Positions 54,634-64,000 of a DNA stretch of 64,000 nt are shown in pieces (position 1 is the stretch's first letter; every line of letters starts with the position of its first letter). This DNA is from Haplodiscus bocki. Taxonomy: Eukaryota. The stretch is taken from positions 75,454,001-75,518,000 of the forward strand of contig OZ296656.1 of assembly GCA_965655095.1 (NCBI GenBank). The letters run 5' to 3'. Below the pieces are notes generated by a model. It was not told the DNA's origin and ran no database searches. It saw nothing but the letters and a program-made list of their open reading frames with translations. The translations under genes were made by a program, and so were the position numbers.

Positions 54634-54890
54634 GTGACACGTCATTTCATAACATTTCGTCCATAATTGTGTTGCTATTTATACTGGAAGATTCTTAAGC
54701 TCACGACAAGCTTGTGATTGAATGTTTCAGATGTAAGAAATTTGTCTTTTCGTTAAATACCGTCAGAAATATTTTTCAACTCAAGTTGTTATGATGTTTA
54801 GTCACGATATTATGTGACTAATTATAGAAACAAGGCGGATTTGTCAACATAGTTTTGAAAGTTCCGCTCATGTATACCAGTTGAAATCCA

Positions 54891-55720
54891 AAACAAACCA
54901 GAGTCGCCGCCGCCCGCAAGGCTCAAAATACTTAAATTGGGAGGCCTTGATGTTTTGAATAGTTTTTATTGTCTCAGAATGCCGAAAAACTTCGTCGGGT
55001 GCCTTTTCAGCTTTAAAAATCGCAACTGAAACTTTTCGGTTAACCAAAGGTGGTGTTACGATTTTGGTCGGAATATTAACCCTCACAATACCAAAAAATT
55101 TGGTCGGGAGGACCATTTAGCGTCTTGCTATTTTTGTGCCTCTTCAGGAAGGCTCGGAAGGAAAAAATAGTTTGACTGAAGAGTTAGACGGTTCAAAGAG
55201 ACAAGAACGTCTCACGAAAAAAAAAAACAAGCCGTGAAGGGACTAAGTTGACGCCGCCCGTACGTCTCAATATACTTATAGGACTACATTGACTTTGTTC
55301 AAAAAATGTATTTTGGTATAATTTTTCTACAAAATGTAAGAAAACTGCTTATGCTGGGATTCGAGCCCGCTACCTGTCGATTCGTTAATCTTTATGAGGG
55401 AATTATCGAGAATTTTTTTGAACCGAAGTTCCCAAATTTTTTCTTTCGAAATTAGGTTGGTTTTGATATAGTTTCAGGTATAGAATGTAACAAACGAAAA
55501 ATTTTGGTTGGCATGTAAAGAGATATCATTTTTTTGTCTCACAGTGCCGAAAAACGTGGCAGGGGTATCCTATCGTGTTTAAAAAACTTTGGGTGTTGGA
55601 AAATTTTGGTAAACTAAAGCGGAGTATCACGATTTCAGACGGAAAATGTAATCTTACAGTTCCGAAAACTTCGTAGGAGGTACCCTTTAGTGTTTCGCAA
55701 ACTTTTTCCCTCCCCAGCAA
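54891..55720 (-). mobile_element. Cluster of degenerate HINE pieces (family D ends plus family A tandem units) in the last RGM intron
   Basis: aaacaaaccagagtcgccgccgccc (~54892) and aaacaagccgtg...gttgacgccgccc (~55225) mirror the + strand ends at ~15885-15915 and ~28925-28963; tgtctcacagtgccgaaaaa units follow. Confidence 0.55.
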
Positions 55721-56074
55721 CTAACTTTCTGAAACGAAGAGTGGGTGGACCACCAAAAGAAGAGTTGATCGTTTTGAAGCTAGAAAAGCGTTTTACGAAA
55801 AAAGTCACTCAAATAGAGGGGCACTTTTTCTTCTAAAAAGCGCCGACTAAAAGCATTGTCGGTATGATCTTCACGTTCACATGGTGAATTTTAACAGTTT
55901 GATTTTTGCAAAGTCAGGAAACAATACGGTATCGGTTCGAGACAGTGTATCCCAAAATTTTACTCAAAATACGCCCCACCCCCAATTTTTATCCTAAAAG
56001 TTGTTTTTACATTCTGACATTCAGGAAGAATTTATTTGAGCCGGCTGATACTTGGTTTTTTATCATGTCCAAAA

Positions 56075-56410
56075 CTTGCATTTTCTGACGGCATCAGGGA
56101 GTCTAGTCATCTAGTGTAAACGGCCTATTTTTGGCAGGAATGTGTTCATTTTTGCTTTGTTTACTGTGCCAACTTCCGTAAACATTGGGTAGCAAAATGG
56201 CGATAATGAAAAGACATAAATGACATATCAAATTTTCGAGTACGACACCCTGAGATGTACTTGTTTCAGTTTGACGTTTTTTAGCAAATGCTTGATTGTA
56301 AGCGGATGTAGTAATTCTAAAAGTGCCATTCACATCTACGATCGTGATTTCAAACGTATTTTGAAATCTGTGGTCTCAAATCGCAAGTCAGAATCTGTTG
56401 CGAAGGGTGG
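56075..56410. repeat. Dispersed repeat family F (in the last RGM intron)
   Basis: ttgcattt...catcag...tctagtcatc...aacattgggtag...gacatatcaa...gagta.ga..cc.g...caagtcagaat.tgttgcga shared with the other copies. Confidence 0.6.
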
Positions 56411-57535
56411 CAGGTCCAAATCTGGTAAAACAAGATAAATCATGTCGAATCTTCTAAGTTGAAATATTTTATGCCAATATCTACGTTAAAATTAAATTTA
56501 TTTTCTCCTAATTTGTCGAATAAAGTATTTGGTTTAACAAATTAAGCAATTGAGCTTGAAACATGTATTTTAGGATAATTTCCTTTATTTTTAAACTAAG
56601 ACTAATTTTCTTCGTTTTTGTTCACTTCAGAAAGCTTTCTGTACTCGGGCTGGGGTTTTTTCAATGTCCCTGGCGCTCAGAACTTTTGCATAATTTTCGG
56701 TGTAACCAAGAAAGTATCACCGAAAGTTTTTTTACAGGTTTTCGGAGAACTTGAAATTTACAAGGAGGATCACGAAACTGCTTGGAAATATCTTTGAAGG
56801 TTTTGGTATATGAAAAGGGTTCTCAGGAATTTTTTTGAATGTATTATGCAGAATGGAGTTTGACATTTTCTCCGGTTTTTTCAATATAAAAAATGAATTT
56901 GGGTAAACGGGATATCACAAACATTTTAAAAATCAAATCGCGAACTGAAATTGTTGAAATTGCAAAAATCACTTTAAAGGCGCAATTTTTGCCTGCTGTT
57001 TATGCCACCATTCGTAGCCGATTTGTCGTACCTATCGGAAAGTTTTCTATGAAATCTACTCATAACTTTAAGAACTTTTTGGATGAACATTTTGTTTTGA
57101 ATAATTTATGGTTGTGTGAGATTTTGACTTCCGAAGATGAACATTTTAGTTTAGAAGAAGAATTATAGAAAAGCTCTGTTGACTAATAGTGGTGTAATTT
57201 CCAAAGTCATTCAATTAGTGGCGGTTATTTTACCAGTTAACTTAATTAGGTTCGCGTGTCTTGGTGTGACGGTAATTTGAGATTTTCATCTAGGAGACTT
57301 TGGTATAGGAGGTTCTGACCTTGGAGATTATGATTTAGGAGATTTTGACATATAACCGCCGAGAAATTTAGCTTCGCCTCAGTGTTCGATATTTTTTTGT
57401 CAAGAAAATGTCTTTTTTTCTCATATCCTCGATATTCTTTTGCCTTCAGGTAGGGATTCCAAATTTCCCTGATTGTTCCCTTGTAGGTATTTAATGTTAT
57501 TGATCACTGGATTTTAATTAATATTGTTTACTAAG

Positions 57536-58055
57536 GTATCTTTCAATATCGGTCGTCTCCCCGGTGGACGTGGCCCGCTCTCTGCCATCCTACTCACACT
57601 CCAATCCCAGCTCCAACCAACAACAAGACTTCCACATGGAACTGTGCAGTGCCGGATGTCCTGACGTCGAAACTCTGGCTGAATTCCCCGCCAGCCCACC
57701 CCGCATATCCGGGGGTCTCATCTCTTACGAACAAGCCAAAAATCTCTGTCGCCATTTATCGGAATTTTTCTTCGACTCCTGCGTCTTCGACGTTATGGTG
57801 ACCGGGGATGCGAACACTTTCGTGGAAATCGGGAAAAGATCCAAAGAAGATGTTTACAGGCTGAAAAGTAAACGAAGTACTAACCAATTGGATTATTTGA
57901 AATATTTCCCCTCGGGTCCAAAAGGGGGAAACAGAAATGGTGCTGCAATTTCATCGGTTACTTCAACTCGTGCCCACTTTTCTCAGTATCTTATGTGGCT
58001 GCTTATATTTCTCACATTCTTATTTCAACTAAAGTTCAGTTACAAGAGCTCCTGA
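57536..58055 (+). CDS. RGM: RGM terminal exon: C-terminal Cys domain and GPI-anchor signal
   Basis: Phase-2 junction AG|G TAT CTT gives RYLSISVVSP (RGM RYLT.AIRMP); then ELCSAGCP, AKNLC, FFDSCVFDVMVTGD (RGM YFQSCVFDLLTTGD), small residues NGA and hydrophobic tail YLMWLLIFLTFLF; TGA at 58053-55. The acceptor is aag (weak). Confidence 0.92.
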
Positions 58056-58141
58056 TTATATTAGTTAATTGTTATGAATAATTAATGAATTAATTAGGTT
58101 ACTATTACTTGGTAAATTACACCACGTTTATGTTACTTCAG

Positions 58142-58147
58142 AATAAA
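58142..58147 (+). promoter_or_regulatory. Candidate polyadenylation signal of RGM
   Basis: AATAAA about 87 nt downstream of the stop codon; the hexamer is common in AT-rich DNA. Confidence 0.45.
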
Positions 58148-61100
58148 ACATCTGCGGATTATTGGATCGTGAAGTGACTTTACAACTCTTATTACATTGT
58201 TGCATTCTACCTATTAATGCTTAGCACTCATGGTGCCTATGGTTTCATTATCGGTCTCGTCATTGATCCAAAAACCAATGATGCCAAGCACTGACATGGG
58301 ACCCGAACATCGGAAATTTGCGTATAGCCCACTAAAATGGGGCTAAAATTATATGGAATCTTTATTCAATTCAATTCTATTTTTCACGTTCGCTCAGAGT
58401 CGCAAATCTGAGAAACGTGTGTTTTATGTATACTTTTATTTTATGAATCTTTTATATTTCCATTTAGGTTTATTTTTATATTACTCAGAAATTTTATTAT
58501 TCAACATTCAAACCATTTTTTGGAAGACCACTTTGAGAAAGGAACAGATTAGGAATCATTCATCTCCTGGGCATTGAAATAGAAGCACGCCTAATTGCGA
58601 GTAAATCTTTCTACAGGATTGTATTAGTAAAGAACAGCTCAGAAATTAATTAATATGGCAGTGATTTTCAGGCAATTTCTTAAGCATTTGCCATATGTTC
58701 AGCGAGTCTTTCAACAACATCTGTTGACCAAAAATATTTTCTAGCGGAAGCATTTGGAGAGTCCATTGTCAGGGATGGAAGCGGCTTGCCGTATTCATCA
58801 GTTCCATGCCGTTGTTCAGACGGCTGATTAAAAGCCGTATATGGCAAATACCCAGAATTGCTTTACTGCCGTGGAAAAACAGTAACAAAATCGAAAAAGT
58901 TGATGAAATAATTCTTCTTATCCGTTTTTCGGTAGAACAAATACACCAGAAACAAATTCGCCCAATTAAATTTTATTATTGCACCTGTTTGGCATTTGAA
59001 GCGTTTTTTCAAAAATAAATGTGAATAGCTATACTACAGAAGTAAATACGCTCCGAGAAGTTTTTTAAACTGCTATAAACGGCCCCGTATACGGTGAACG
59101 ATAGAGTGAAAACTGTAGAAGGCAAGGTTCGCCGTATATCGCAAGTTACTCACGCTGTGCATTATTCATGAAAGTTAGTTAATCTTTAATTTGGCCTTTT
59201 CAATTCTCATTTCCAAATCAGCGATTAGCGGAAAAAAGCTCAACTTGCATAAGGGGGCAAATTACAACAAAAAGTTTCAAGCAATAAATTCTGTTCGGAA
59301 CGTTTCTTCGCGATGATTTCGAAAAAAATTAGCATAGCTGTTTCGAATGGTTTCAAGATTAAGCATATAAAATTTCACGCAGAGTTTTTCTAGACTCCTC
59401 GAAATATTTTTTCATATGTGACACCGTTGCTCTACCTTTTTCGAACATTCCGAATTCCGTCATTATTCGAAGAGCAGTCGCGATCGAGTTGAAGCTTTAG
59501 CAATAGTACTGAAAAGGGCCAAGGACGCCGTGTTGGAACTCTTGCTTGCCTTGCCAGGACGCGCTCAAGAAATCGTTAAGTTAAATGGATGAGCGAGGAG
59601 TCATGGTTACTCGAACTAGCAACTGAATCGCTCCTTTCGCCGGGTCATTCTAGTGACACCGCAAACTGTCCCGAACACAAAAATGTAAGTTAGAGATCTG
59701 TGCACTGTTGCAACGTTTTCTCACCGGCTGTAAGTGATTTTTTTCCGCTAAAAGTTTGAAAAGTTTCTTGAAAATGCTATTAGCTGCGGCTACAGTTCGA
59801 TTGAATTTGGAAAAAGGAGCGTCCAGGTTTGGGCTATTTTTGGTGCCAGTGTAGTATGCGGTCTACAGAAATTTGTGATCTACAATTGAAATAGTTGCTT
59901 TCGTTTCGAAGCGCCCAAGTTGCAATTTTCTCGAATATCATTGTCAGAGAGCTTTTTGCCAAATAAATACCGTTATTTCGTAAAATATGTTCGCATACTA
60001 GAACAGAAATTGAAATATAGACCGGCACCCAATTTTTCAACCGACTTATCTTTCCTCATAGTTGAGGTTTAACGGTGCTATTTCAGACCCAAACCTGAAA
60101 ACTTACAATTAAAATTGATAAAACTAGCTATTTATGGATTGGAAAAAAATCTAACCAATTTCAAGCTTCCGGAATAGACAAGTAATTAAATAAATGCTTT
60201 CTGTTTTACTTCCTTCAAATCAATTCCTTTTAAAAATGTAAATCAAGATTGTCTGCTACGTCTTCTTGTATGACATATCTGCTTAAATAGAAAAGTCAAA
60301 ACTTGAAATATGACAAGTCTCATTCTGAACTCGCTACGTAATTTTAGCCAAAGAATCGCTTATTTTCCCCAAAATGACGTTTTTATCGCAACAGCAATCT
60401 TCTACCCGCCAGTAAAAATGAACAACCCTTACTCTTTTTTTTCTGAGCCTTGTCAAAAAAAGGAATGTGATGGAATAAATTGTCTAGCGGACGATTTATT
60501 AGCTGACACATCTAGAACAGGATGCAACGATTTTGTGGTGTGCTGAAACAACAAAGCAGCTTAGACATTCCGGCGTCTTGATTTCTATTCAACAGAAGAA
60601 AAATCACTAACGCAAATGTCATTTAGATATAACTGCATAACTAACTAGTAACTAGTAAAATAACCAACTAGGGGTATTTTATTGATAAATGAACATTTAT
60701 ACGACTGTTGCTGTTGAATATTACTAAGGATTCCGCTGACGTTTTTTATTCAAACTAGTAAATGATGCAAAAAGATTGCTGGGCTAATTATACGGTAATT
60801 TGGACGTTTTAATAGTTTATACTCCAGTGAATAAAGTTGGGAAATTGTCTAGTGTTAACAAAGCTATAATTGCTGCCAATTATATGTGTTGGAAGTGGAA
60901 ATCAACTGAAACAAATAGTCAAAGTTGGATGACATGCAATTCTTATACATTGTTGCAGAATCATTTCTGGCGTTCGAAAAGCATAAAAATGCGTGACCTT
61001 TTTCACGATTCTTGACTTTGGATTTTTGATCCTTGGATTCTTGCATCTTTTTTAAAAATAATTTTTGTTTCATCGGTAATTCTCCATAATCGTGTGAGTT

Positions 61101-62084
61101 CCTGGCACGACTTTTCATGCATCTCAATATTTGTAGAATACTCTGTTTGGAGAGGTGAAACCCGGGAACATTTTTCGAATCGCATTATTTTCAGGAGTTG
61201 GAATTTTCTGAAACACGTGTTTTGTATAAGACCACTTTGTGAAAACAACTTCTGGATTTTGTGTACCAAATTTGATGAGCAGTCTATCGAATCCTAAGAA
61301 ATACTGGAGGGAAACCTTTTCGCACAAAGACACGCCTAAATAATTTCGTCTTTTCCCGTCCGTGACAACCCTGTGCGTTTGTTTTCTTGAAAACAAAATG
61401 TATCGGCGGCTATTGGTTAGATATTTTCATTTTTGGATGAACACTAGACTGTTTCACGATCTATGATAACCCAACTTTTGGAGGTATTAGCGAAAGAAAT
61501 GTCAAATTATCGGATTTTTTGGAAGATGAAGGTTATATCGTGGAGTCTTGTCTTTACACGAAGCCTAGAAATGCTAATGTTTTTTTGGCGCCAATCGGTG
61601 ACACCATTCGGTGGAGCAGAGCATTTTAATATTTTCTCTCCAAAAACTTTTTTGTATCGGCAAGTTTTGCACGAAAAAGTGAAAAGTTATATATTTTTCG
61701 ATATTTCGGTTTCTTCTGGATTCAGTTTCCTTGCTACCTTCGACTGGTGGTACTGTAAATCATGCCCACTGTTGTCAAAACCACAGTTTCAGATGCACTA
61801 GTTTGCTGCGCGTTTCTTCTAAATGTGAAATTTCTCACGAATAATGGCGCGTTGTTAGCCGAAAAGTTTTTTGGTAGTTTTGAGAGATTAAAGGTCATGT
61901 TTGTCCATTCTTGGGCTTTATGCACTCCCAGCACTGGGTGAATTGCGTCCTTACAATACTCTGCTTTGCAATTTCCTTATTGTTTTAGTAAGTTTTACTG
62001 GAGAAATATTTAGTCTAAAAATTAAGTTTCCGGAGTTCTTTGATTACACTTGCGCAAGCACATTTGATATCACACGCCTTGCGT

Positions 62085-62330
62085 TTTTTTCCTGATCCGT
62101 TCACAACTCGCAAAATTTTCTAGGTTTTGATCCAAGATAAGTTCGTGTCCGAGGCTCGAATCTCGGACCTTCCGTGACACAATCCCTTGCTCTACTGACT
62201 GTGTTGTTGCCATTTTGCAATCACTATTTTTCTTCAATATCAAGCGAATGGAATATAATACCGTTTCCTACTTGTATTCCGTTTGCGCCAGTGTTTCGAA
62301 GCACAGCTTCACCGCTGAGTGGAGAAATGT
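62085..62330 (-). repeat. Dispersed repeat family E with tRNA-like segment, copy 2
   Basis: Collinear with 960-1310; the minus strand reads cagtcagtagagcaagggattgtgtcacggaaggtccgagattcgagcctcgg (A/B-box-like). Confidence 0.65.
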
Positions 62331-64000
62331 TTTTCAGGCGCGCTCCAAAAATGTGCTGTTCTTCATGAGCGTACGTAGTGTTGACCCATAGTGGTCAATC
62401 ATTGTATGCCATCTGCAGGTCAAATTTCGTGTCTCTTTTTTGGGCGAATCATCATTACGAAAAGTCAGGAAAATGGATGATATTTTTTTCACGGTTTTCC
62501 AGCATGAAATCTTGGCAGAAAAACTAGAGGACATCATTCTTCTCAATTCATTGTCTTTTGTCGATTTGGAAGCTTTCGAGCACTGATTCGAGCAGGCTTT
62601 TTATTCCCGCTGTGAAACAAAAACTGCTTATAAACATTTGTTGTGTTCGAACCGGCGAAAAAGTTTCGTGTGCGATTAGCTCTTTTAATGTGCGAAGTCG
62701 GATTTTTTTCCTCGTTTTTTGAAGTGTTTGTCTTCTAATTTTGGCTCAGATCAGATCGTGAGCTGATGCTCTCTCGCTGAAAAACTGTATTCATTGCTCA
62801 GCTGACTGCTGCTCTTGGCGAGCCTTGCGCTAAACACCTCACTGCCCATGTTTAAAAAGTACACAACGTTCATCTAATATACAACGTTTTTATATAGTGG
62901 CAGTTTTTACTTCAAAAGTATTGTTATATAATAAAAATAATTAAACCAGAAGAGACAGCCCATGGTTTTTGCCAGCGCGGGGAGGCGTTTCAAAAGAAAA
63001 ACCAGAAGATTTAAAATAGATTCAAAACATAAAATTTAGTGAGGAGTCATGGAGAAGTATATGAAAACAGAAAACCAAATCCGGACTTTTGAGAAAATGC
63101 TTATAACTCCCCAAGACGAGAGCTCTAACTGCGTCTGCTAAAATCGGCTTTCCAAAAAAAGAGTGGAGTCCTCCGCACACCTACTGAAACTGTATTGGGA
63201 GGGGGGGGGGGTAATCACGACAGGTGATTGCAGGCCGGAAGGCGATAGGTTTGACTTTGAAGCATAGACATCAGAACTTAGAGGAGCCAAAAATAATAAA
63301 TATATAATTAGCGGCTACGACGCAAAGGTAGTTTCAGCACATTCAGCTCCATTTAGCCCCTCTTTACCTTTGGTGAAGTTCTTGAGCATTTGGTAGCGGA
63401 AGTTGACAAGTTCGGATTGGCCGGCATTACATTGTGGAAGTACTTGGCAAAACACTAAAATCTTCGTGATTGTGATTTTTGAAAGAGACTTGAATGAGAA
63501 TGGAGAAAACCTGCAGAACATAGCTAACTTTTCAAGTTATAAGATTCTGCCGGTGCGACTTGGACAACTTCTTGGAGCATTTTGACAGCCTGACTTGTGC
63601 GACTACAGTCAAACATGATTTTGTATGGTGTAACAATGGAGCCCGTAAACTGTCGCAATTTTATGTTTTACCATTGTATTTTTCAGTCTAGTTTACCGAG
63701 AAAGCAAAGAGTTCTCAATAAAATCATTTTTTGTAATTTCAGGATTGGACGTAACTTGTTGCCGTAAACAACTCCAAATTGACTCAACTGTTCATTATGT
63801 AACTTGTAGTACAAGAGTAATTGACTTCAGTCGGAAATTGACGGGACGCATGGACCGTAAAATTACAGCACAGTATCCTCTTCCTTTCATCAACGCGATG
63901 CTTGAAGGATGGCTTGTCTGTTATAACTCTAAAATACTTGGGCAGTGTATGATTTCAAGTTTCCATTCACCGATAGCAGTTTCATCTGTTGGTTTTTCAG

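Noticed and set aside
57289-57352. Degenerate ~15 bp repeats (ggagattttgac-like) in the last intron
   Set aside because: Only about 4 diverged units; likely a minisatellite or MITE relic with no supportable function.

Overview
AT-rich, repeat-saturated eukaryotic (invertebrate animal-like) DNA; the organism cannot be named from the sequence. One clear protein-coding gene: a spliced, + strand Repulsive Guidance Molecule (RGM/hemojuvelin/DRAG-1 family) gene with five recognisable coding exons (51612-52048, 52489-52690, 53657-53994, 54419-54633, 57536-58055), about 570 codons. It has the Cys-rich N-domain, the GDPH autocleavage motif and a C-terminal GPI-type signal. The signal-peptide exon was not found. 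The rest is mostly transposon debris. Most prominent are several families of non-autonomous Helentron/Helitron2 elements (HINE/DINE-1-like: subterminal inverted repeat, 3' stem-loop, CTTG-TT end); one family carries a tRNA-derived module and an internal ~115-130 bp tandem repeat. Also present: an RTE LINE fragment, a recent 3 x 2.1 kb tandem triplication (34316-40654) and a perfect 75 bp palindrome (32080-32154). Best leads: the tRNA+satellite-carrying Helentron family, the unusual RGM protein (furin-flanked pro-region, altered RGD/RGN motif, ~82 aa Ser/Gly insert), and three stacked AG|GTA sites before the last RGM exon. All alignments were done by eye, so repeat boundaries are approximate.
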